This document shows, piece by piece, positions 47,819 to 57,775 of a stretch of 64,000 bases of DNA. The notes under the pieces were generated by a model. The model saw only the letters and a program-made list of their open reading frames with translations. It did no database searches and was not told the DNA's origin. The position numbers and the translations under genes are program-made. The stretch's first letter is position 1, and each line of letters opens with the position of its first letter. This DNA comes from Minisyncoccia bacterium. Lineage in GTDB: Bacteria; Patescibacteriota; Minisyncoccia; Phycocordibacterales; UBA9973. The stretch covers positions 15,312 to 79,311 of the forward strand of contig JBMOIO010000002.1 in assembly GCA_049317285.1 (NCBI GenBank). Reading direction: 5' to 3'.

Positions 47819-49351
47819 ATGAGTCCGACAGAAACAATTCCCCCGTTTGTTTCATATGTAACACAAACCCTCCAAAAAGCGGGTTTTGAGGCGTACCTGG
47901 TCGGTGGATGCGTCCGCGACCGACTTATGGGTAAAACCCCTAAAGACTGGGATATCACCACCAACGCTCGCCCCGAACAGGTCCAAGAAGTGTTTATTTC
48001 CTATAAAACAGTGTATGAAAACGACTTTGGCACGGTGACAGTGTTAAACATGGCCGTAAATGCAGAAGATCGTGTTACATATGAAACACCTGTGTCCAGC
48101 GAAGCCTTGGCGAAGTTGGAGGACTTAGATAACCAGGTACAAGTCACCACTTACCGATCTGAAGGAAACTATGGCGATAATCGCCATCCTGACAGTGTTA
48201 CCTATGAAACAGAGCTCTTAAAAGACCTCGAACGCCGAGACTTTACTATGAACGCTATTGCTTGGGACCCTATAAAGGACACAATAATTGACCCTTATAA
48301 AGGACAAAACGATATAAAAGACAAAATTGTCAGATGTGTCCTTAATGCCACTACTCGCTTTGAAGAAGACGCGCTTCGCATGATGCGAGCAGTACGGTTT
48401 TCCACAGTCCTCGACTTTGCTATTGCGAGCGACACAATGACCGCTCTCACTGCCCAATCAGAGCGCATCGAGGCTGTTTCCGAGGAGCGTATCCGAGACG
48501 AATTCATTAAAATTATCCTTTCCGAACGCCCAGCTCTTGGCGTGGACTTGCTTGAAAAAACAAGACTTTTAAAGCATTTTCTCCCTGAAATGATTGAAGG
48601 AATTGGGTGTGAGCAAAAAGGTGCCCATATCTATGATGTCTACAATCACCTTCTCCACGCCCTACAGCACGCTGCCGATAAGGGTTTTCCACTAGAAATT
48701 CGCCTTGCAGCCTTGTTTCACGATATCGGCAAGCCTGCCACTCGCCGTTTCGACCCAAAAAAGGATAAATATACGTTTTTTGGCCATGAAGTGGTGGGTG
48801 CGCGCATGACAAAGAAGATCCTGGAGCGCTTTAACTTTTCACGTGTAACAATCAACCTGGTCGTTTCACTCATTCGAAACCATATGTTCTTCTCGGATAC
48901 CGAGCAAATCACCCTCTCTGCGGTACGCCGGATTATCCAAAAAGTGACTCCTGAGCATATTTGGGACCTGATGAGGACCCGTGAATGCGACCGTGTGGGG
49001 ATGAAAAAGGCGGAAGCTCCATACCGTCTGCGCAAATACCATGCCATGATTGATGAAGTGCTCCACGACCCTATTTCAGTAGCTCAGCTTGCCATTAACG
49101 GCGAATACCTGATATCTGTGTTACACATGAAACCAGGTCCTCGTATGGGCTGGATATTGCACGCCTTACTGGAAGAAGTCCTCGAAAACCCAGAACTCAA
49201 TACTGTGGACCTCCTCACCGAACGAGTTCTCGACCTGGGCGAACAAGACGACACTACCCTCAAAGCCCTCGGCGAGAAAGGGAAAGAAAAAAAGGATGAA
49301 CTCGAGCAGGAAGAAATTAAGATACTTCGCACAAAACACCGAGTGAAATAG
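47819..49351 (+). CDS. cca: CCA-adding tRNA nucleotidyltransferase with HD domain
   Basis: LVGGCVRD, KDWDITT, RRDFTMNA, EDALRMMRAVRF, ERIRDEF and HDIGKP motifs. Confidence 0.94.
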   Translation: MSPTETIPPFVSYVTQTLQKAGFEAYLVGGCVRDRLMGKTPKDWDITTNARPEQVQEVFISYKTVYENDFGTVTVLNMAVNAEDRVTYETPVSSEALAKLEDLDNQVQVTTYRSEGNYGDNRHPDSVTYETELLKDLERRDFTMNAIAWDPIKDTIIDPYKGQNDIKDKIVRCVLNATTRFEEDALRMMRAVRFSTVLDFAIASDTMTALTAQSERIEAVSEERIRDEFIKIILSERPALGVDLLEKTRLLKHFLPEMIEGIGCEQKGAHIYDVYNHLLHALQHAADKGFPLEIRLAALFHDIGKPATRRFDPKKDKYTFFGHEVVGARMTKKILERFNFSRVTINLVVSLIRNHMFFSDTEQITLSAVRRIIQKVTPEHIWDLMRTRECDRVGMKKAEAPYRLRKYHAMIDEVLHDPISVAQLAINGEYLISVLHMKPGPRMGWILHALLEEVLENPELNTVDLLTERVLDLGEQDDTTLKALGEKGKEKKDELEQEEIKILRTKHRVK

Positions 49352-49466
49352 CGTTACATACCTGTCCAGCGGAGCGATAGCGAAGTCGGGTGAAACACAA
49401 CGTCAAAAAATACCCTAGAATAAGGCTATTTTTTGATTGGAAATGATCAGTGTTTCATGTGTACCA
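47848..49466. promoter_or_regulatory. Cluster of parS-like 16-bp palindromes
   Basis: TGTTTCATATGTAACA 47848, TGTTACATATGAAACA 48073, TGTTACCTATGAAACA 48196, CTTTTCACGTGTAACA 48835 and TGTTTCATGTGTACCA 49451, compared with consensus TGTTTCACGTGAAACA. Confidence 0.72.
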
Positions 49467-49483
49467 ATTCCCCTTGCAGTACT

Positions 49484-49506
49484 TTACACTTTACTGTAAA
49501 GTGTAA
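49484..49506. promoter_or_regulatory. Perfect palindromic operator overlapping the promoter of the HTH gene
   Basis: TTACACTTTAC-T-GTAAAGTGTAA overlaps TTGCAG-17-TAAAGT and ends 2 nt before ATG 49509. Confidence 0.7.
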
Positions 49507-49508
49507 CT

Positions 49509-49829
49509 ATGGAAAAGGCGGCGTACTATGAGATAGCAACATACTTGAAATATGCTGACAGAGCTGTTTCACCGCATGAGCTCTCCGTCATTCTCGGCAA
49601 AAGCCGGGTTACCATCCAAGCATCCCTCAAGCGACTCCTGAAAAATGGTTGGGTGGTAAAAGAAGGTTCGTCACCCCATACCTTCTATAGAGGAGTAGAA
49701 ATACACCCTATGCCGAAAACCGGACAAGAAGGGGAAATAACAATCGAAGATATTCGGGGGGTATGTAAAATAGGTCTGATCGAGGACTTTGTACTGAGGA
49801 CTAATAAAATACGGCAAAACCCTTTGTAG
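49509..49829 (+). CDS. Winged-helix DNA-binding protein, possibly truncated
   Basis: SPHELSVILGKSRVTIQASLKRLLKNGWVVKEG. Confidence 0.7.
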   Translation: MEKAAYYEIATYLKYADRAVSPHELSVILGKSRVTIQASLKRLLKNGWVVKEGSSPHTFYRGVEIHPMPKTGQEGEITIEDIRGVCKIGLIEDFVLRTNKIRQNPL

Positions 49830-50056
49830 TTTGCAAAACAAGGGGTTTTTGTGTACGCTTGAGAAAATACATGTAAACCCATCTCTATGTTTAAGGATTC
49901 TAAAAGTTCTGCAAAATTTGCGGCGGCAAATCTTGTGGCGCCAAGCGCTACAAAAAAACAAAAAGAAAAACTGGTAAAACGTCGGTTTGGGAAGAGAAAT
50001 TGTGGGTAAAGAATTACAAACAGGCAAAAAGTCGTGGAACATTCCACGGCTTTTTA

Positions 50057-50827
50057 TTATAGTTCTATACCAAGCAGAAGAGGGCAGTGGTCGCTTCCGT
50101 AGTACTCCTTGAGCGTTTGCACCTCCTTCACACTACTTTTCAATACCGAAGAGACAAAGAAGTAGTCAATGCGCCAGCCGACATTGCGCTCGCGTGATGC
50201 GGTCTTTTGGTCCCAGTAGGTATAGACATCTTTCATTTCTGGATAAAGGAGGCGGAAGGTATCAATCCAGCCGTGATCTGTCAGCTTGTCCATCCACGCG
50301 CGCTCAATAGGGAGGAAGCCTGTATTCATAACGTTTTGTGCCGGGCGAGCAAGGTCGATTTCATTGTGCGCCGTATTTATATCCCCACAAAAAATCACCG
50401 GCTTCTTTTTCTGCAAACCTTCACTATACAAAAGGAATTGATCATAAAAACGGAGCTTGTAGTCCAACCGCTCCGGACCCCCTCCGCCGTTGGGGAAGTA
50501 GCAGGTTATCAAATAGAATGTTTCGTACTCAGCGGTGATACACCGCCCCTCGTCGTCGAGCCCTAGAAGCCCAATACCATAGACGACATTCAGAGGTGTT
50601 TGCTTGGTATAAATGGCGACACCACTGTAGCCCTTTTTTACGGTAGGCCAGGCAAAGTATGCATCATAGCCGAAGACATGCAGTACTTCGTCAGGGAGCT
50701 GTTCCGGAGTGGCCTTTGTCTCCTGTAGGCACACAATGTCTGGATCAAGGTCGGCAAATAGGGGGTCAAAAAAACCTTGTTTGTAAGTGGCACGAATGCC
50801 GTTGGTATTCCACGAGATGATTTTCAT
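50057..50827 (-). CDS. xth: Exodeoxyribonuclease III
   Basis: SWNTNGIRA, CLQETK, GYSGVA, GDIN.AH, GWRIDY and SDHCP motifs. Confidence 0.97.
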   Translation of the reverse strand: MKIISWNTNGIRATYKQGFFDPLFADLDPDIVCLQETKATPEQLPDEVLHVFGYDAYFAWPTVKKGYSGVAIYTKQTPLNVVYGIGLLGLDDEGRCITAEYETFYLITCYFPNGGGGPERLDYKLRFYDQFLLYSEGLQKKKPVIFCGDINTAHNEIDLARPAQNVMNTGFLPIERAWMDKLTDHGWIDTFRLLYPEMKDVYTYWDQKTASRERNVGWRIDYFFVSSVLKSSVKEVQTLKEYYGSDHCPLLLGIEL

Positions 50828-51498
50828 AAAGAGAGTATAGCATCCGCCTACGCTATGCTCTGGCGAGACAAGAAAAAAAGCCACTTTGGGAAAAAGCAGC
50901 TTTTTGAATATCGTAAAATGTGCGAAAAGAAAGTATCTATGAATATATAATTCGAATGAATGAGGGCAGGAGGTGACTCCTGGAAGAGGGTACTATTGAT
51001 ATGTCAAAGACCGTATGAGTACATAATACTCCTGATACGAAATGCTCGCAAGGGGATAACTCTCAAAAAGAAGTGAGGGCTTGACATATTCTCTCAAAAG
51101 AGGAGAATGCACTAAAACAACCTTCGGGTAAAAATTGAAAAAATGAAAAAGAATAAACGAAAAATCCTTCGTATCCTTGTAGGGGGTATGCGAAAATTCG
51201 GGGGAATGGTATCGTTTCGAGTGGTTCAACCCACTATTCCAATTAAAAAAAGTAGAGGAAACGATAAAAAAGAGAAAGCTCTCAGTATAGAGAGTATTGT
51301 GATAGGCGCCAAAGCGGGGATGCTTACCAATACACAATAGAGACGAGGAGGGTTGTGAGAAGGAAGGCCATGAGCAAATGCTCATGGCCTTATTTTATTT
51401 ATTGCTATTTTACCGTTTGTTTACCTTTTGCTATGAACCCCATAGCAAAATCCGATACCAAATGCAGAAGGGATTTTGCAACGGGGCAAGACTTTTTG

Positions 51499-52404
51499 TT
51501 ATCTCTTGGTGTGAAATTTCTTATGTACTTCTCTTAATTGCTGATCTGTCACATGGGTATAGACCTGTGTTGTCGAAATATTGGCGTGCCCGAGCATCAT
51601 CTGTACGCTTCGAATATCCGCACCGTTTGAAAGCAAGTCGGTAGCAAAGGAGTGGCGCAATACATGGGGCGTTACTTTTTTTGAAATACCAGCCTTGGTG
51701 GCGCACTCGCGGACAATACGCTCGATAGAGCGCGGAGTGAGGCGTGCCGCCGGGGAATTTCTGGCAATATTGATAAACATCGCGTCCTCCATGTCTTTGC
51801 GCGCTTTCAAGTACGCTCGTATTGCATCCTTTGCTTCATTCGAAAGAAAGACCACGCGAATTTTTTCACCTTTTCCGCGGATAGAAAACTCGTCTTTTGC
51901 GAGATCTAGGTCGCGGTTGAGCGAACAGAGTTCTGCTAGACGAAGTCCAGTCGAGAAAAAAAGTTCGAGTAGTGCGCGATCTCGAAGCCCTTTGGTGGTG
52001 GCAAGGTCGGGAGATTTGATGAGACGGTTCAGCTCATCAACTGAAATGAGGTCGAGGTGCCGGGCACCTACTTTGGCGAGCTCAATTGCGTCAGGAGTCA
52101 GTGCATCGATACCGCGCTTTCTGCAGTATTTGAGAAATGAGCGAAGCGCAATAAGGTGGTAGTTTTGGGTATTTTTCTTCATCGTACCGGGAGTTTGGCC
52201 TTTTATTTTTGCTCCCGCTGCACGGTTCAGCGTCAGACGAAATTCCCGCAAGCGGTCTTCGGTGATATCGCTCACATTTTTCGCCTTCATTTCCTTAAAT
52301 GCGCGCTCTAAATACTGCTCATAGTTGCGTACTGTGAGCAAACTACGGCCTTTTTCTATTTCGATATATTCGAGAAACTGCCGTTTGGCGGTGTGTATAT
52401 CCAT
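51499..52404 (-). CDS. XerC/XerD-family tyrosine recombinase
   Basis: RDRALLE..STGLR, GKGEK.R, TPHVLRHSFAT and LGHANISTTQVY motifs. Confidence 0.95.
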   Translation of the reverse strand: MDIHTAKRQFLEYIEIEKGRSLLTVRNYEQYLERAFKEMKAKNVSDITEDRLREFRLTLNRAAGAKIKGQTPGTMKKNTQNYHLIALRSFLKYCRKRGIDALTPDAIELAKVGARHLDLISVDELNRLIKSPDLATTKGLRDRALLELFFSTGLRLAELCSLNRDLDLAKDEFSIRGKGEKIRVVFLSNEAKDAIRAYLKARKDMEDAMFINIARNSPAARLTPRSIERIVRECATKAGISKKVTPHVLRHSFATDLLSNGADIRSVQMMLGHANISTTQVYTHVTDQQLREVHKKFHTKR

Positions 52405-52554
52405 TACCTGTACAGTATAGCTCAGAACTTGAAATGACCCCTTCCTCTGTGATACCATTGGGACAGGGAGAAAAACTATTACCGCAAGTGGTCGCTCCGA
52501 GGTATTCTCGGAGGCCACTTGCTTTTTTAAAAACCCTGTGCTATAGTAAAAGCC

Positions 52555-52815
52555 ATGTTAACGTCAAAGAAAAAACAAGCAGTAATCAAAAAACACCAAG
52601 TGCACGCAACCGACACTGGGAGCAAGATTGTGCAGGTGGGCATGCTTTCAAAGCGTATTGATGTTCTCGCTGACCATTTGAAGAAGCACAAGGGTGACAA
52701 CCACTCTCGTCGCGGACTCATCAAGATGGTTGCAGACCGTCGCGGACACCTCAAGGTGCTCGAAAAGAGTAACCCAGGCCAACACCAAGAGGCTCTCAAG
52801 ATCGTAAAAGGCTAA
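52555..52815 (+). CDS. rpsO: 30S ribosomal protein S15
   Basis: HATDTGS..VQV and HLKKHKGDNHSRRGL motifs. Confidence 0.97.
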   Translation: MLTSKKKQAVIKKHQVHATDTGSKIVQVGMLSKRIDVLADHLKKHKGDNHSRRGLIKMVADRRGHLKVLEKSNPGQHQEALKIVKG

Positions 52816-52878
52816 CCCCTACCATCGTCCCTACAAAATACCGCGTACTACGCGGTATTTTGTTATATACTTACCACT

Positions 52879-53385
52879 ATGGCAATCATAAAACAAAAAG
52901 ATCAGCGCGTTGGGGTATTTATTGATACACAAAACCTCTACCACACCGCGAAACACATTTATAAACGAAAAGTAAACTTTGCCAATGTTGTGAAGGATGT
53001 TGTGGCCGGTCGCACGCTAGTGCGAAGCATTGCCTACGTGATCACCACTGAAAACGAAGACGAAAAAGCATTTTTAAACGCACTGACAAAAGCGGGGATA
53101 GAAACAAAATCAAAAGACCTCCAAATTTTCTATGATGGCAGCAAGAAAGCGGACTGGGATACAGGACTTGCGATCGATGTTGTTTCCATGGCGGCAAAGC
53201 TCGATGTCGTGATTATTCTCTCCGGTGACGGAGACTTTGCACCCTTGTGCGAATACTTGCGCTTCCACGGCGTACAGGTTGAAGCGGCAACGTTTGGGCA
53301 GTCTGCTTCAGCTATGCTCAAAGAAGTAGTTGACGACTTCTACGACCTCTCCAGCAATTCAAAAAAATACTTGCTCGGCTATTAA
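52879..53385 (+). CDS. NYN/LabA-like (PIN fold) protein
   Basis: VFIDTQNLY, KADWD and SGDGDFAPL motifs. Confidence 0.9.
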   Translation: MAIIKQKDQRVGVFIDTQNLYHTAKHIYKRKVNFANVVKDVVAGRTLVRSIAYVITTENEDEKAFLNALTKAGIETKSKDLQIFYDGSKKADWDTGLAIDVVSMAAKLDVVIILSGDGDFAPLCEYLRFHGVQVEAATFGQSASAMLKEVVDDFYDLSSNSKKYLLGY

Positions 53386-53396
53386 CACGCAATTGA

Positions 53397-54398
53397 ATGG
53401 AAGAAGAACATAAACAATCGACCCCAAACACCGCCCCAGTGGATCCTGTTATACCAACAGGTGTTTCTCCTGTGCCTCTCGCTGAACAACCAGTAGTAGC
53501 TCCAGCAGTAACTACAGCTATCGAACCTGGCGTACCAGAAGTGCCACCAGAACCTCTTGTTCCAATCCCTGAACACCAAGTGCTTGTACATACCTACGAA
53601 GACGACCTTGCGCGATCAATGAATGTTTCAGATGCAAAGGTGGTGCAAGAACTTCTCACTTCAGCGCGAGAACGCGAAGGTGTATTGAAAGAAGAAGTGC
53701 AAAAGCGAAAGGCGAGGGGGTGGTATACCACTGGTGCGATTATTCTTATCCTTGCCGCCCTTGCATCAGCAGGGTACGGCGTGTATCACTACCTGCGCCT
53801 CACTGTACCAGTACAACAGAGCGTATCGATTGGAGTATTCCCAAGCACAGCTCCAGTAGATGCAAGCACGACAACAATTGAAGCAGTTATTGCGGCGTTT
53901 GAGGCAGATACAACTCTCATTGATGACAAGCCGTATCTTGTAGACCTTGTTAGTGACGAAAAAGCACAGGTACTCTTGAACAATGCTCAATTATTTTCTT
54001 TTATCGGAGCCGCTCCGACTGAGCCGTTTGCAACTTCTCTTGGTGTTATCCGCCTAGGCGTGATGAATACAGCAAACGGTACGGTGCCGTTTCTTATTGC
54101 GTCGCTTCCAAACCCGGAGATTGCGAACAAAGAGTTTCTTATTGCCGAAACAAAACTCCTTTTTATGTTTTCCAAAGCATTAAATATTAGCACTGCGACA
54201 ATAGCACCGGAAACAAGCCAGGAATTTGTCGGCGAATACCGCTACAACCTCCCGGTCCGAGTACTCTATACGGCTAATACCGTAGGTGTTCGAGGTCTTA
54301 CAATGCTCTACGGCTCTGCGACCGACAACATTGTTGTTATTACCACAACCCCTGAAATCCTCAAGGCCATTTACGACACTATCATCCGCCAGCAATAA
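53397..54398 (+). CDS. Single-TM hypothetical protein
   Basis: Pro-rich N-terminus, HTYEDDLA motif, one TM helix. Confidence 0.7.
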   Translation: MEEEHKQSTPNTAPVDPVIPTGVSPVPLAEQPVVAPAVTTAIEPGVPEVPPEPLVPIPEHQVLVHTYEDDLARSMNVSDAKVVQELLTSAREREGVLKEEVQKRKARGWYTTGAIILILAALASAGYGVYHYLRLTVPVQQSVSIGVFPSTAPVDASTTTIEAVIAAFEADTTLIDDKPYLVDLVSDEKAQVLLNNAQLFSFIGAAPTEPFATSLGVIRLGVMNTANGTVPFLIASLPNPEIANKEFLIAETKLLFMFSKALNISTATIAPETSQEFVGEYRYNLPVRVLYTANTVGVRGLTMLYGSATDNIVVITTTPEILKAIYDTIIRQQ

Positions 54399-54447
54399 GG
54401 GGATACTGCTCCTTGTACTTTCGCACCATCGTGCTAGTATACGAAGT

Positions 54448-54804
54448 ATGAAAAATACCGACCATTACAAAACAGTCCTTTTGGCCGAAAAGCAGACCCT
54501 CGAAGAGGAGCTTGGCGGTATTGCGCTTTTTAATACTGAAACCAACATTTGGGAAGCGACTCCTGACCAAGAGCTCATGGGGGAGATCGATGACAATGAT
54601 GCAGCTGACCGATTCGAAGACTTTGAAGGCCGAAGCGGTATGGTAACAACACTTCAGACCCGCCTCACTGACGTGAACAATGCGCTCGAAAAAATCGAGA
54701 ACGGAACATTCGGCACCTGCGAAGTCTCTGGCGAAAAGATCGAAGAAGACCGCCTCAATGCAAACCCAGCTGCGCGCACCAGCAAGGCGCACATGAACAA
54801 CTAA
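54448..54804 (+). CDS. DksA/TraR family protein
   Basis: Coiled coil with D..D tip, NALEKIENGTFGTCE and RLNANPAA motifs. Confidence 0.88.
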   Translation: MKNTDHYKTVLLAEKQTLEEELGGIALFNTETNIWEATPDQELMGEIDDNDAADRFEDFEGRSGMVTTLQTRLTDVNNALEKIENGTFGTCEVSGEKIEEDRLNANPAARTSKAHMNN

Positions 54805-54956
54805 TAAATCTGTCACTGAAAATCCCCAGATACTATCTGGGGATTTTCAGTACCCAATACTCAAAATAAGCGATAGCATATTTTTGAGTATTGTTTTTTT
54901 GATTACTAGTACACTTTCTTCATTTTTATTTCATACGCGCTCTCTATACTGTAGTA

Positions 54957-56462
54957 ATGGCATTTGCTTCCATTCAAAGCGCGCAGATCACCGGGCTTGG
55001 CGCACAAGGAGTCATTGTTGAAGTCGACATTAGCAGAGGGTTGTACCTCTTTCAAATTGTGGGCCTGCCCGACAAGGCGGTAGAAGAGAGCCGCGAGCGA
55101 GTGATCAGTGCGCTACGAAACAATCTTGAAAAAAACCCCAAGAGCGAAAACCACAAAGTTATCGTTTCCTTGTCACCAGCAGAACTCAAAAAAGAAGGGG
55201 CGTACTTCGACCTTGCGATTGCTGTTGGCTACCTTGTTGCAACCGAACATATAACAGCTGACACTGCGGACAAGCTCTTTATGGGAGAGCTTTCACTCAG
55301 TGGTGAGGTCCGGCCAGTACGAGGACTTCTTTCGATTGCACTATGGGCGAAAAACAGTGGCATTACAGAATTATTTATACCACAAGCAAATGAAAGCGAA
55401 GCGGCATTGATTGAAGGACTTACCTTTTATCTCGTACCGACCATCAAGGCGCTTGTATTTCATCTCGCGGGCGAGCAGCAACTTTCAACCGTAGTGTTTG
55501 ATACAACACGAGCTACCACCAATACAGTGCGAACAGATTTTGGCGATGTGCGCGGACAGCCGGGTGCAAAGCGCGCACTGACGATTGCAGCAGCGGGAGG
55601 GCACAATATCGTCTTGTATGGCCCACCAGGAACCGGCAAGACAATGCTCGCAAAAGCATTTCACGGCATTATGCCAGACCTTACCAACGAACACTTTTTA
55701 GAAGTTGCCATGATCTATTCTTCTGTCGGACTAGTTGGCGACGCACTCCACGGGAGACCTCCTCTGCGTGCACCGCACCATAGCGCAAGCCATGTTGCGA
55801 TTATCGGCGGTGGTTCAACAATCCGCCCAGGAGATATCACGATGGCTCACCGAGGACTCTTGTATCTTGATGAATTCCCGGAATTTGATAGGCGGGTGAT
55901 TGAAGCACTGCGCGAACCATTGGAAGAGGGAAGTATCACTGTTGCTCGAGCCAAAGGCTCGGTACGGTATCCCGCAAAATTTATCCTGCTTGCCGCCATG
56001 AATCCGTGCCCGTGCGGATACCGCGGAAGCGGCGTCAAACCGTGTTCGTGCAGTGGTGTTGAGATAGCGCGCTATAAAAAGAAATTGTCAGGGCCGATTA
56101 TCGACCGCATAGATCTCTGGGTCCCCGTTCATCATGTCGAATACGAAACATTGCACGAGAGTAATACGCTTTCCGAGAGTGAAACTATTAAAAAGACTAT
56201 TGAAGCACTTCGCGCCAAACAATATACCCGTCTTAATAAACTCAACTGCGACCTTTCGACTACTGAGGTGCAATCGAAAAGCAATTTGTCAGCCGAAGCA
56301 AAAACGATTCTTCAGCGTTCTGCTGAAACGCTCAAGCTCTCACCACGCGTGTATTTGCGCACCATCAAAGTAGCACGCACGATAGCGGATATGGAGAGGA
56401 GCAACACTATCGAACCGCCCCACATCCTCGAAGCCCTGCAATACCGCCCGAAGTTTGAGTAA
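54957..56462 (+). CDS. comM: ComM/YifB Mg-chelatase-like ATPase
   Basis: VGLPDKAVEESRER, GPPGTGKT, PHHSAS, LDEFPEF and AMNPCPCG motifs. Confidence 0.95.
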   Translation: MAFASIQSAQITGLGAQGVIVEVDISRGLYLFQIVGLPDKAVEESRERVISALRNNLEKNPKSENHKVIVSLSPAELKKEGAYFDLAIAVGYLVATEHITADTADKLFMGELSLSGEVRPVRGLLSIALWAKNSGITELFIPQANESEAALIEGLTFYLVPTIKALVFHLAGEQQLSTVVFDTTRATTNTVRTDFGDVRGQPGAKRALTIAAAGGHNIVLYGPPGTGKTMLAKAFHGIMPDLTNEHFLEVAMIYSSVGLVGDALHGRPPLRAPHHSASHVAIIGGGSTIRPGDITMAHRGLLYLDEFPEFDRRVIEALREPLEEGSITVARAKGSVRYPAKFILLAAMNPCPCGYRGSGVKPCSCSGVEIARYKKKLSGPIIDRIDLWVPVHHVEYETLHESNTLSESETIKKTIEALRAKQYTRLNKLNCDLSTTEVQSKSNLSAEAKTILQRSAETLKLSPRVYLRTIKVARTIADMERSNTIEPPHILEALQYRPKFE

Positions 56463-56504
56463 CAAGAACTAAAAAACCCGAGCATGTGCTCGGATTTTTA
56501 TGTA

Positions 56505-57524
56505 CTAGAAATGAGTGCCGACTTTGTATTTTGTAAACGGGTTTGTTGCCCCGCGAACTTCAAAGTGTAAGTGCGGTCCGGTACTGCGACCAGTGTTTCC
56601 GCTTTTACCAATAACCTCGCCTGTATTCACTTCATCACCAACAGAGACACTTACTTTTGAGAGGTGGGCATAGAGCGTTTGAGTGCCGTTTGAGTGCTTG
56701 ATAACAATATAATTACCGTATCCACCATTGTACGCCCCGTTCCCCCTTGCAATAATCACTTCACCCTTCATTGAAGCTACTACAGTTGTTCCGATTGGAG
56801 CACCAAAGTCAACCGAGTTCGCACCGTGAAATCCTTGGGTGAGGACACTGCCCGGAATAGGAAGCTTGTATGCTGAGGAGGAAGTTGTTGTCGTCTTCTT
56901 GTCGTCATTCTTTCCGGCAGTATTTTTTGCGACTGCCTTTACTGCAGCCTTTGCCTCGGTTTTAGTAGGAGCTGTTGCAATTGGCTCGCCGTTCGGAATG
57001 ATGATATCCATACCGACCTTCAAATCACTTGCTTCTTCAATGCCGTTATAGTCGAGAATTTCACGAGTATCCGCGTCGTACTTCTTTGCAATACCACTCG
57101 CTGTGTCGCCCTTTTTCACTTTGTACTGCACGCCGGTGACAGGCAGAATAGTGAGCTTGTCACCTACCTTAATAGTGCCTTTAGTGCCGAGATTGTTTGC
57201 CCAGCGAATAGTGTTAACCGAAACGCGGAACTCTTCTGCAATACCGCCAATAGTGTCTCCACTTTTTACCGTATAGACAATAATAGGGTGGCTGTCGTCG
57301 GGAAGCTTTTCATCAAGAGGGGCGAGCGGGGTCGCGTCTTCATTGATTCCGCCAATATTCTCTAAAGAAACACTCTCGTCTTTTACTTGTGTAAATACGG
57401 AAGCACTGACAGAGCTGATAATCTGACTGGAGAGGCTGTGTGCCATCCCTGCATTTACTGCAAGGAGGAGTATGAGTGATAGGGTGCGCTTGCGCGATCT
57501 ACCGATGGGGTCGTCTAACAACAT
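56505..57524 (-). CDS. LysM plus M23 peptidase
   Basis: Two LysM repeats (YTVKSGDT, YKVKKGDT), YAHL and STGPHLHFE motifs. Confidence 0.93.
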   Translation of the reverse strand: MLLDDPIGRSRKRTLSLILLLAVNAGMAHSLSSQIISSVSASVFTQVKDESVSLENIGGINEDATPLAPLDEKLPDDSHPIIVYTVKSGDTIGGIAEEFRVSVNTIRWANNLGTKGTIKVGDKLTILPVTGVQYKVKKGDTASGIAKKYDADTREILDYNGIEEASDLKVGMDIIIPNGEPIATAPTKTEAKAAVKAVAKNTAGKNDDKKTTTTSSSAYKLPIPGSVLTQGFHGANSVDFGAPIGTTVVASMKGEVIIARGNGAYNGGYGNYIVIKHSNGTQTLYAHLSKVSVSVGDEVNTGEVIGKSGNTGRSTGPHLHFEVRGATNPFTKYKVGTHF

Positions 57525-57775
57525 ATGGTTATGAGAGAAATGATAGCAGGCCAAAAGAGCGGTTTTTGATTAGATAATTTAATTCTCTTTGTGTCAACTA
57601 TTTTATCCAAAAAAACCCTTGTTTTAAGGCATAATTGACAATTTCTCTGAATCAAAGCACTGTAAAACAACGCAAAAACCATTGAAAATACTAGGTATTC
57701 TCTCCACCTAAAGAGAGATTTTTACCCGCAATGGTTTCGAAGAAAACACGGCGGGTCTGTTACACTAAGGGAACT

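Noticed and set aside
50900-51498. Short ORFs and a small CTCTCAAAA repeat between xth and the recombinase
   Set aside because: No recognisable motifs or consistent structure; I cannot support a call.
51499-52404. Tyrosine recombinase as a prophage or integron integrase
   Set aside because: It looks like a housekeeping Xer protein; no att sites, attC cassettes or phage genes are visible nearby.
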